DNA from: a virus
Length of the DNA stretch: 64,000 nucleotides
Virus record (IMG/VR): IMGVR_UViG_3300025705_000581
Reading direction: 5' to 3' (one strand)
In this document: one piece after another, positions 46,217 to 56,500 of the stretch
Layout of the letters: each line of letters begins with the position of its first letter
How positions within the stretch are numbered: position 1 is the first letter of the stretch
Notes under the pieces: model-generated
Told to the model about the DNA's origin: nothing
What the model saw: only the letters and a program-made list of their open reading frames with translations
Database searches by the model: none
Translations under genes and position numbers: made by a program

Positions 46217-46624
46217 TTATGCACCGCCCGCAGTGATTGTGAATGAAGTAATAGAAATTTGCTGTCCAACAGCAATACTTGTGTTATCGAGTTCCATATC
46301 ACCGCCACCTGAGGTTACTGTGATTGATCCTTGCATATGGCATGATGTGCCACCAGAATTGTGTACTCGGAAATAACCTGCAACACCCGTTGAGTCAGCA
46401 GATAAATCTTGCCATGAACCTAATAGGTTTACAACACCACTTGAAGGTGCACCTAAAAAGTCAGAAGGCAATGTCATAGTTGCAAGAACGGTACCTGTGT
46501 TTGCTGAAGCACAATTAGTAGGTGGTGATCCTGTTGAAATTGTGAGTATTGGACTAACGCCTGTTGTTGTTTCTATTGCGGCAAGTGTCGCATTTCTAAC
46601 GTCGTCGGATAATTGAAACGCCAT
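46217..46624 (-). CDS. putative virion structural protein
   Basis: RNA.L.AI, G.VLA...L, A..TG.A.YFR, DM.LDNTSI..GQ...ITSF.I. Confidence 0.65.
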   Translation of the reverse strand: MAFQLSDDVRNATLAAIETTTGVSPILTISTGSPPTNCASANTGTVLATMTLPSDFLGAPSSGVVNLLGSWQDLSADSTGVAGYFRVHNSGGTSCHMQGSITVTSGGGDMELDNTSIAVGQQISITSFTITAGGA

Positions 46625-46664
46625 TTCTTTCTCCCTTTAAATAAGAATTGTACTGTGTTCCAAC

Positions 46665-46672
46665 TATTTATA
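46665..46672 (-). promoter_or_regulatory. T4-type late promoter
   Basis: TATAAATA upstream of 46624. Confidence 0.75.
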
Positions 46673-46673
46673 A

Positions 46674-47450
46674 TTAGTTACGTCTTTCAATATCATCTTC
46701 TGATAATGTATCGCCCATCCATACTTCAATCACCTTTACAGGTGTTTTACCGACGTTTTTAGCCAAATGCCATGTTTTTACAGGAATGTCAATGCTATCA
46801 CCAGTTGAATAAACCTTAGATGTTTTGTATCCGTTGGGAAACTCAAGATTCATTTCAAGTTTACCATCAACAATATGCCAATGTTCCGAGCGAACAAAAT
46901 GCCGCTGATCTGATAATGCCGCATTAACATCAATAGACAATTCTTTAACTTTCCAGTGTCCGTTGTTATCCAGGTTACGGTATTTACCCCATAATCTTTG
47001 CGTTTCAGGTTTATCCCAGTTTTCAAGCAACCATGACGAACTGTTCTTTTTATCATTACCGCCAACGCCAAATACAAAACTAATATCGCATTCGTCTCTG
47101 AGTTGACGTGCATATTCTACCTCAGGTGTTGTGCCCTTTTGACGGTCACCACCATTAGCAAATATGATTTTTGAGTTTCTGGGAAATGTATCTTTGATAT
47201 GCCTAATAGCTTCACAGGCATGATTTTCGGTATCGTCAAATTCAAATACACCACCGACACATTTGATTTCTTTAACAATAGCAGAGCGTTCAGACATAGG
47301 CATAAACGGTCTACCTTTTTTACGAGTTAACCATGCATCAGAATTTAAACCAACCATAAGAATATCACCGAGTTCTTTTGCGGCTTTAAAATATTCAATA
47401 TGCCCTGAATGGAGTGGATCAAATCCACCAGTTACTACAACTACTTTCAT
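46674..47450 (-). CDS. HxGH nucleotidyltransferase fused to mannose-6-phosphate isomerase-like cupin
   Basis: TGGFDPLHSGH, GLNSD.WL.RKKG, FANGGDR (RfaE-II/TagD-like); RLWGKY, LSDQRHF.RSEHW, IEVWMG..LSEDDIER (ManC C-terminal cupin). Confidence 0.85.
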   Translation of the reverse strand: MKVVVVTGGFDPLHSGHIEYFKAAKELGDILMVGLNSDAWLTRKKGRPFMPMSERSAIVKEIKCVGGVFEFDDTENHACEAIRHIKDTFPRNSKIIFANGGDRQKGTTPEVEYARQLRDECDISFVFGVGGNDKKNSSSWLLENWDKPETQRLWGKYRNLDNNGHWKVKELSIDVNAALSDQRHFVRSEHWHIVDGKLEMNLEFPNGYKTSKVYSTGDSIDIPVKTWHLAKNVGKTPVKVIEVWMGDTLSEDDIERRN

Positions 47451-47451
47451 A

Positions 47452-48672
47452 TCAATTACCTTTCATAAAATAATCCCACGCAAAACTAACTTTTGTTTTA
47501 TTAGAAATCATATTTCTTTTATTATTATAAATTGACGGATGTACCCACCAATCTTCATGAGCGTTAATAGGATCAACACTAAGGTCTTGTACCATCAGTT
47601 TATATCCTATCTTATGAAGTATATCCCGTGAGTTATCTTTAAAATCGTTTTGCCACCAACAATAATTATGTTGGAATTGGATAATCCCAAATTCATATTT
47701 GTTAAATGGTATTTTTGTTAATACATCAAGAGATGTTTCTTCAGAATTAATGCGTAAAAAATCAATGTATTGTTCCATACAAGATTGATTAAACAACAAG
47801 TCAAAATTAATTTGGGAGGCATCACTACGGATAATCTGACTCGTTCTTTCTCTTGAATGTATATAACACATTCTTTCATCGTTGTCAATACTAATACCCT
47901 TCCACCCAAATTCTTTTTCAAGCAATGCGGTATTATTACATTCAGTTGGATGCCCAGAACCTATTTCAATAAATGATCCACCTTCTTTACCATCCGTCAC
48001 TGATAATACAAATAAGTCTTGCATATGTCGGGCATAGTTTTGTTTAATATTTTCAAATCCAGGAAACGGAAACTTGTATAGGTCTTTATCTTCATCGGTG
48101 TATGGTATACGATGTGGATATCCTATTTTATTAATCCATTCACAAACATCCTGAAACGATTCTTTGTCCAAACTTTCTCTATGCTTTGCTTTGAATAACA
48201 ATAGTTTTGAACTATCAACACCATCAGATTTCCAACGAGCAATTGCGTATTGTGCCGCAAATGCCGACATACCTGGAAACCCTATATCAAGATCACCTTC
48301 TGCATTTGTATTTTTGCCAATACTACTCCATACAAGTGCATCTCTATAATTGTCTTGAGTTATTGATAATTGTGCAAGAAAGTAATATGCTTCAGGTCTT
48401 TCAGGCATAACCTGAATTGCGTTTTTAAGTAATCCCCAAACGGTTTGAGATCTCCTACCTGCTTCATCATAAACCGCAGCACCACGTATCAAACTTTTAT
48501 ATTGTATGATACGTTCTTCTTCTGTAACACCAGGTGAATAATCCGCAGCTCTTAAATAGAATGTAAAGGCAGCAGCTAATTGGCCAAGTTTAAAATATTC
48601 TTCTGCAAGTGCAAATGATTTCCAAGGATTGTCATAGTCAAGAACGACTTCATTTAGTAAATTATTAATCAT
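47452..48672 (-). CDS. TPR-repeat protein fused to FkbM-like methyltransferase domain
   Basis: N-term helical repeats (PERPEAYYFLAQ); C-term QDLFV, FIEIGSGHP...NNT.LLE...GWKGISID. Confidence 0.7.
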   Translation of the reverse strand: MINNLLNEVVLDYDNPWKSFALAEEYFKLGQLAAAFTFYLRAADYSPGVTEEERIIQYKSLIRGAAVYDEAGRRSQTVWGLLKNAIQVMPERPEAYYFLAQLSITQDNYRDALVWSSIGKNTNAEGDLDIGFPGMSAFAAQYAIARWKSDGVDSSKLLLFKAKHRESLDKESFQDVCEWINKIGYPHRIPYTDEDKDLYKFPFPGFENIKQNYARHMQDLFVLSVTDGKEGGSFIEIGSGHPTECNNTALLEKEFGWKGISIDNDERMCYIHSRERTSQIIRSDASQINFDLLFNQSCMEQYIDFLRINSEETSLDVLTKIPFNKYEFGIIQFQHNYCWWQNDFKDNSRDILHKIGYKLMVQDLSVDPINAHEDWWVHPSIYNNKRNMISNKTKVSFAWDYFMKGN

Positions 48673-48674
48673 AG

Positions 48675-49715
48675 TTATACCTTAGTTAAAAAATCAAAGA
48701 ATACGCCCTTCGGCATTTTCAAAATATATGATGCGTTATCACTTAAACCAAATGAGATTAAGATATCTGTTTCGGTAAATGTAACACCGGTTACAAACTC
48801 AATATTAAATTCCTGACTTTTTGCATGGTCATAATAAGTACCCATAAAATGAAATTCTTTTGATGTGTGTATAATGTTCCAATCATTATCCCAAACAACT
48901 ACACGGTGTGCATAGTTACCATCTTTTCTAAAGAAAGAGTCTTTAAGCAAATTTGTTTCATGGCAAAATGCCATTTGCTTATTATCATCAATACGAATAA
49001 CCTGAGAACCGCCACGCAAATCTTTTTGTAAATTAGCACGTTGGTCTTCACTTAACTGAACAGCATCCTCACAAGTACCTTCTTCAATGTTAAATTTAAC
49101 AACCTGAGTTGGGTTTGACCATTTAACAAAATGCCAAGGCATATCTAAAATAGGCATCCAATTCTTTTCACAATATGATTTATCACCATTTGGTGCAGGA
49201 ATTGGGTGACGACTGATTTCTTTCCATTCAGTACCATCGTGTTCAACGTGGCACATTTCCATACGTCCCGTACCTTTATCATCATAGCAATCACGGCGAA
49301 CACCGCAAAGGTACATTTTATCATCCCATTTAAATAAACGTGCATCCTCAAGGCCAACAAAGTTCCATGTTGGTTTAGTATCTAAAACCATGTTTACTCG
49401 ACCTGCCGACAGCAGTTTGAAATCTTTATCGTATTCGCATAGAATGTTGTGTGTTCCTAGTTTAACATCATCTTCAGGATGTATATAAACTAATGGTCCC
49501 CACTGATGTGGAAACTTTTTACCTTCACTGTGATATAGGATATAATTGATATGGCGAACATTAACAAACATCCTATCACCATCTAAAAAGATGCTAGGAT
49601 TCATTAGGCCGGTATCTTCGCCGCCTAGTACTTCTCTTGGAATAATAATAGGATGTATTTCACCGCCACGTTTAAGAGCGTATGTAGCCAGCCCACCTAT
49701 ATGCAAATCGTGCAT
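48675..49715 (-). CDS. five-bladed beta-propeller glycoside hydrolase/phosphorylase-like (GH130-like)
   Basis: NPS, GLEDARLF, EKNWMP, RGG, EF..G, FG..D. Confidence 0.65.
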   Translation of the reverse strand: MHDLHIGGLATYALKRGGEIHPIIIPREVLGGEDTGLMNPSIFLDGDRMFVNVRHINYILYHSEGKKFPHQWGPLVYIHPEDDVKLGTHNILCEYDKDFKLLSAGRVNMVLDTKPTWNFVGLEDARLFKWDDKMYLCGVRRDCYDDKGTGRMEMCHVEHDGTEWKEISRHPIPAPNGDKSYCEKNWMPILDMPWHFVKWSNPTQVVKFNIEEGTCEDAVQLSEDQRANLQKDLRGGSQVIRIDDNKQMAFCHETNLLKDSFFRKDGNYAHRVVVWDNDWNIIHTSKEFHFMGTYYDHAKSQEFNIEFVTGVTFTETDILISFGLSDNASYILKMPKGVFFDFLTKV

Positions 49716-49744
49716 TATGCCTCCATAATATAAACATTATTTAA

Positions 49745-50077
49745 TTAACCCCAAACAGGGTTTCTTTGTGTCATAGTCAATTTGTCAATCTTTTGTTGGA
49801 TTTTTTGATTGATAATTTGCTCATGAGGTTCGTCTATCGTTGCTTTCACCCAATTGATAACCGTTTCTTCAGTTAAGGAATCGAGTGATACAAAACTGTC
49901 AGCGGATGTATCAACGGCAGACAAAGTGGTACGTCCCAAATATGTTGCTTCATTACCACTTAAATCTGTACCGATCTTTTTCCACTTAACTTCAATAACG
50001 GCATTTTCAAGAGTGTCGCCGTTACTATTAACCTGATTTTTTGTTCCAAGTTTTACGACTTTCCATTCATATACCAT
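49745..50077 (-). CDS. fibre-associated hypothetical protein (paralogue 2)
   Basis: YEW.V, V.W...GTD, F..LD.LTEE.VI.WVK. Confidence 0.65.
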   Translation of the reverse strand: MVYEWKVVKLGTKNQVNSNGDTLENAVIEVKWKKIGTDLSGNEATYLGRTTLSAVDTSADSFVSLDSLTEETVINWVKATIDEPHEQIINQKIQQKIDKLTMTQRNPVWG

Positions 50078-50089
50078 TTAGTTCTTTCC

Positions 50090-50482
50090 TTATCCTAAGG
50101 CTTCAGGGTCTGGCGTTACTGATTCACCTGTTGCCCAAGGCAAGTCATTTGGACTAACTTCTTCTTCATTTTCTCTATCAATTTGCAATTGAATTTGCTC
50201 ATCAATGTGTGCTTTATAAGATAGTGAACCATTAACAACTGCTTTGATCCAACCGATAACAGTTGCTTCAGTTAAATCTTCAAATGCTGTAAATGTTCCT
50301 GCTGGTACATTAGCCGCGGTAAAAGGTGTTGCTCCTGCAAACTCTCCTGCGTCACCGTTTGCGTCTGTTCCTTTAACTCTCCAAAAAGTTTGAACAACAG
50401 CGTTTGTATTAGTTTCGCCGTCGATATTAACCTCATCTTTTACCTTAAGGCTTTCGACCGACCATTCATATGTAAATGCCAT
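50090..50482 (-). CDS. fibre-associated hypothetical protein (paralogue 1)
   Basis: YEWSV, W...GTD, F.AFEDLTEA.VI.WIK, LPW. Confidence 0.65.
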   Translation of the reverse strand: MAFTYEWSVESLKVKDEVNIDGETNTNAVVQTFWRVKGTDANGDAGEFAGATPFTAANVPAGTFTAFEDLTEATVIGWIKAVVNGSLSYKAHIDEQIQLQIDRENEEEVSPNDLPWATGESVTPDPEALG

Positions 50483-50511
50483 TTTTAAATCTCCGTCTGT
50501 GATTGTAGTTA

Positions 50512-50519
50512 TATTTATT
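50512..50519 (-). promoter_or_regulatory. late promoter-like box
   Basis: AATAAATA overlapping the fibre stop, upstream of the 50482-46674 run. Confidence 0.55.
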
Positions 50520-53500
50520 CTTTATTGCTCATGAGCATTGTAACCATTTCTGTCAATTTGTCAATGGCTTTTTTCTGCTCATCTATTTGCTTTTGTTGTT
50601 TATTTATTGTTTCCTGCTGCTCTTTTGTTGACTCAATAAGTAGCCCAACCATGTTACCATAGTTAACTGCTTTACGTTTACCACCGCCAGCATCATTTGG
50701 ATCGAGCGTGTCAATCTCATAAACAATACCTGGTAAAACTTTTTCAACTTGTTGAGCGATAACGCCGGTATGTCGGCCATCACGGTCGATATATTTATAA
50801 GTGATACCATCAAGTGACATTACCTTTTCAACAGCATTATCAATAACTTCAATATCTTCTTTATAGCGGATATCTGAGAAATCAACATATGCTGTAATAT
50901 TCTCATCACACTGAATAGCACCATAAGAATTGATCCCATTCATTAATGACGTGCCGGCGGGATTAGTGTAATAAGTTGTATCGTTTATGTCATAGAATAT
51001 CGGTCCACGGAACGAACTACGAGCTTCAAAGTATGACGAACGAGTTCTGCCTTCCCAGGTACCATTGTAGTAAATATATGTAATGTAGTCTTCGTCAGCA
51101 TAGATAATTGCTTCGCCATTGTCATGGTACATTGAGAAAATAGAACCATCATCATCCCAATAATGCCGTCCACACGCAGTACCGTTCGAGTCACGGTAAT
51201 AAATTTCACCGTTGTCGTCGTTGTTAGAACGAATACTCATAGTGTTACTATCGTCGTCGTAAATATCCCAACCATCATTCATAGAATAAATGTTGGCGTT
51301 AATGCCATTCATACGTGAAGTTGATGCTGGGTCAGTGTAATAAGTTGTATCGTTTTGGTCATAGAAAATTGGAGCACGGAATGACCCGCGTGCTTCAAAA
51401 TAGCCAGATCTTGTACGACCTTCCCAAGTACCGTTATAATAAATGTAGGTAATATAATCTTCATCAGCATAGATAATTGCTTCACCATTATCGTGGTACA
51501 TTGAGAAAATTGATCCATCATCATCCCAATAGTGTCTACCACAGGCCGTGCCATTACTATCACGGTAATAAATTTCACCATGGTCGTCGTTGTTAGAACG
51601 GATGTTGAACGTGTCGCCATCATCGTCATAAAGATCCCAACCGTCATTAAACTCAAGGAAGTTAATTAGGATTGAGTTGAAACGTGAAGTTGATGCAAAG
51701 TCTCCGTAATAAGCACTGTCGTTTGAGTCGTAATAACGGCCTGCATACATTGATCCGCCGTTTGTACTGTTTTCATCAAGTACAGGAATTGTTCTCCAAG
51801 ATCTAAACGAACTACCCCAAGTTGAGCGGAACCGAAGGTTTGTAATCGGACCACCGACCATTTGCCAACCATAACGGTTGCTACCGTTTGAGTAGTGGTA
51901 TGCTTGAACACCAACCCAGTGAGATGTACCTGAAGGCTGGTTACCAGGGTTTGACCATGAGTCAATAAATCCTGAACCCCAGTCAGCAACAGCGGTGGTC
52001 ATATCCTGGGTGCCCCAACCCATGGCGCCTGTCCAATAGTCGGAGTTACTTGTAATACGAATACGAGCACGATAGTATTCACCACTATCACGAGTATGCC
52101 CAGGCATTGATAGGTAAGACATTGTTTGGTAGTCTACACCACGGAAACGAGTAGAGTTTGTTGAACCGCCGTTAAACATACCAAAGGTATCATTTGAGTC
52201 ATACCATAATTGGCCGCGTGCCGATGAACCTTCAAACAGACCGTAGTCAGCGCTAACAATTCTAAATCTCCAACTTCCACCGTTATTAAGGAAACCAATG
52301 TTGTTGCCATTATTGGCATACACATAGCCACGAGTGGTACCACCATACTCATCTCTAAACCTAATACCGTTTGCGGCTGAGCCGCCACCGATGTTCCAAT
52401 AATCGTCATCATCAGAATAAAAATGCTGTCCTGTGGCTTGGTTATAAAGGCCTTCGCCAGAGTTATCATTACGGAACCAATTACGAGCATAGAATTCGTT
52501 GGCACGAACACCTGTGTTAAAGTTAGAGAAGTCTGATGGATCACAATAATAACCAGTGTTGTTACTATCATAAAAGATTGGTGCTCGGAGTGATCCTGAT
52601 GCTTGCGTTACACCGTCATTTCTTGCTTGGAATACCCAAGTGTTTGTAATAGCGCCTGCCCCGGCACCGTGTTGACCGAGGTATATACCAGCTTCGTTTC
52701 CGTTATTATTATTTGAGTCGGCGTTAAAATAGAAGTTGTGATACGAGTTAAATCTCAAATCATCAGATATCCCTCCGCTACTATCACGCGATGTAATTGA
52801 ATGGTTATCTGAATCATTACCATAGAATGTGATAAAGTCTCCACGGTCACGCATATCAAGCCTATCAGCACGAATTGTAACCATTTCGGATGTGGCATTT
52901 GGATTTACAAAGTAGCCTGTGTTATTACTATCATAAAAGATTGGTGCTCTTAGTGATGAGCCAGCTTGTAAGCTATTATTAACATAGACGTTATTTCCAC
53001 CTAAAGGATCAGAACCGTTATTGACTGACATAACCTGAGTAGCCATTGTATAGTCATCGTAGAAACGCATACCTTGATACCCAGAGTTTGCACCAAACTT
53101 AATACCAGTATGGAAAGCAATTCTTACATCAGGGTATGGGTTAGACCAACCACCAGCTTCACGGTAAATTGCGTATGCGGTAGATCTTCCTGAATCCCAA
53201 TACATACCAAACCCATCATCTGAAGTTACTGAACCGTCATTGGTAAAGTAATTGCCTCGGACGACGTTCATTCTAGTGGTTGAGGCTGGGTCTACATAAT
53301 AACCGGTGTCATTTCGGTCATACATAATCGGTGTATCAATTCTTGAATTGAACAACGTCTGACCGTCGCCACGCATAATAACATTCCATGCACCACCTAC
53401 ACCGCCATCGCGGAATGAGATATCCTCACCACCTGATGTTGCAATAATTAAGTGAGCGTCATTTGTTTCTGTGGCTTGGATATAACCACGGGTGGATCCT

Positions 53501-56500
53501 GTTGATGTTTGGAAATGAGCAATACCACCACTAACATGGTATGTGGTATTAACATTAATTTGGTTCATACGTGAAGTTGATGCAAAGTTACCATAATAAC
53601 CTGTATTATCTAGGTCATAGAATATCGGTGCACGGAACGAACCGTTTTGTGATACATATCCATCTGAGTTATAAAGACGGTGACCGTATGTTAGTTTCCA
53701 ATGTTTTGTTGGATAAGAGTCATTACCACCTAATGCAACATACATCCCGGTATCATTATCACCCCAACCACTTGCTCTTTTATAAAGACCCACGTTCATA
53801 TGAGTTCTATAACCTGAGTTATACAAAGCAGTTGTATGTATAAGTGGTAAGAACGTATCTGTTGTTCCTACATTTGTATCACGGTTTCTTGTTGAAATAG
53901 GAGCATTTGTTAAGCTTGTAACGACGGTTGCATCATAATCTAATACGTTATCAATATACATAATACCGTTGAATGTCGCTGTACTTGCAGTACTTAGTGC
54001 ACCATTCAGCGTTAAGTTATTAAATACTGAGGTACTCGCCATGTTTGCGTAGTAGCCTGTATTATCTTGGTCATAGAAAATTGGTGCTCGGTAAGAACCG
54101 CGAGCTAGCATATAACCGCTTGCTGATTGTTCTTCCCACTGACCATTATAATACAATTCAGTACGGCCATTGTCAAACCATCTTGTCATCCATTCGTTGC
54201 GTGTATCGTTATAGATACCTGCTTCTCCTGAACCATTTGACATAAAGACCCAGTCATCACGGATTGCGTAACCAGCCCAAGTACTTGTTTTATCACCTTC
54301 AACTCTAATTGAACCGTACTCACCTGACGGTGAGTCAATTATGTATTCCGAACCATCAAGCTGAATTTGATTAACACGAATAACATTCATACGTGAGGTT
54401 GATGCAAAGTCACCATAGTAATCGGTGTTGTCTGAGTCATAGAAAATTGGTGAACGGAATTGAGTAGGAGCGATAGCATAACCTGCTCTTGTTTCCAATT
54501 GTACTACGTTATGCGCATATAGTTTAATCTTGTTGGTGTTACCATTTGATCCATCGTTCTGCGCAACAATAATATTATGAGAACCGCTAGAACCACCTCT
54601 AAGGTGAAGACCGCGATAAGTATTCCAATACATACCATCAAAGCCAGTTGCAGCTGCGCCACGGGCACCAGGTCCACCATAATAATCGTTCCATAGAACG
54701 TGGTTTGAATCAGTACCGCCATTAAACCATATGCTGTTATGTGTATAAGCACGATTTAATTTTAAACCATAATTTCTTATTTCTACATTATGTAAAACTG
54801 ATGAGCTATTAGGATCAACATAATAGTTGCCATCGTCTGCATCAACAAATCTCTGAGCATGGGAATAACGGCCAGTGAATGTATCACCGTCAGACTCAAT
54901 ACGGAAACGCGATGTTCCTGCACCTGTTCCTGTTGTGAAGTGGAGATTACCACCGGTGTTGGTTGTCAAATCATTTGGAGATTCATAAATCTTCCAATCA
55001 TTGCCACCTTTCCAACGAATACCTTCTTGAGGACCTGGATCATTGAATGAAAGATTGTTTAGATTTTCAATTGAACCGTTTGTCCAATCCCAAGAACCTG
55101 CAACCTTACCACCCGAGGCAGGGTTCATAAAGTAAGCAGTATTATCTGTATCTCTAAAGTTACTTGCATCAACTATATTCATTTTAGATGTGCTTGATGG
55201 ATCAACGTAATAAGAATTATTATCAGAGTCAATCATACTTGCAGCATAAATGCTATCAGGTGTGCGGATACGGTTTTGAATATTTGAGCGTTTTAGAATT
55301 GGTGGACCGTACTCACGAAGAGCACCACCTGTGCTGTAATTCATTAATAGACGGATACGAATGTATTTACAACCTGCGCCATCAGAACCATCATAAACTG
55401 TATGACTTGTTGGGATTGTTGTATATCCACGGTATGTTTGCCACGAAGTAGATGTTTGGTTTTGGTTACTTGCAACAAAGTATGTTGTACCAGTATTACT
55501 AGTAATAGGCTTTTTATCTTTATCAAATCGTTCGATACCATAATATACAACACCGCCTGAGCCAGATATTGTTCTTACTGAAATCTCACCGTAAATTTCT
55601 TCACCAGGTTCAACAGGAATATAGTCAGAATAGAAATCACGGTATCCCGATGTTCTTAGTGCGTAACTTGCAGAGAATGGGCCGTTACCGTTTTTAACGT
55701 ATTCACTTGTTACAGTAGTCGGTCCATTTTCAGCACCTTGCAATGCTTTGATTGCACGCTTTTCCCAATACTCAGTTCCGTCAAATACCATTGTCTCGGC
55801 CATACCTGGTCCATAAACTGGGTTCAATGATATGTTTTCATTACCTGCGTTTAGGTTATAGTTTGAGGCAGCCATTTCACCATCAATGAGCATATCACCG
55901 TCTTCATTAATACGTGCTCTATCGCCAATACCGTTGAAGTGAATAATAAAGGCATCTCTATCGCCTGATCCTGAATTGTAATTATCGTGGACAAGCCATG
56001 GGTAATTTCCGTTGTTTGCAAACGAGAGGGCGCTGTTACGCAAACCTGCAAGATATCTGTTATTGTGCCAAATTCCTAATGGATATGATCCACCGATATA
56101 GTCACCTTGGTTACCGAGTGCCAATTGGTTCATACGAGATTTTGCATTAAAGTCACCACGATAGGCAGTATCGTCACTATCATAATAAATTGGTGAACGC
56201 ATTTGAACAGGTGCTAAGGCATAACCGACTTCTGCTGAAATTTGGTGAACACCATTTCCATACAAACGAGTCCAACTGTTTCTATCAGCATATAATACCC
56301 ACTCATTATCAGTATCGTTATAAAGACCCATATTGGACAAGCTGTCTGACATAAACACCCAGTCATTTTCAATGGCATAACCTGCGTAACCGCCTTTGCC
56401 ACCTTGTACCATAATAGTACCGTACTCTCCTGATGGTGAGTCAATAATATATGATGTTTGGTCCATTTGAATTTGATTTAGGTGAACAACATTCATACGT

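Noticed and set aside
45570-46376. 268-aa + strand ORF and other long antisense ORFs over structural genes (e.g. 33815, 34286, 32261)
   Set aside because: They are shadows of genuine genes with biased codon usage; they have no SD or recognisable motifs
51037-51579. Fibre duplication as a DGR template/variable repeat pair
   Set aside because: Differences are synonymous and not adenine-specific, both copies lie in one ORF, and no reverse transcriptase is in the window
52440-52510. PilV/shufflon-like motif (YARNWFRND...GLYN) in the long fibre suggesting an inversion system
   Set aside because: No recombinase, inverted sfx-like repeats or inverted alternative C-termini are seen; the motif occurs in ordinary phage fibres
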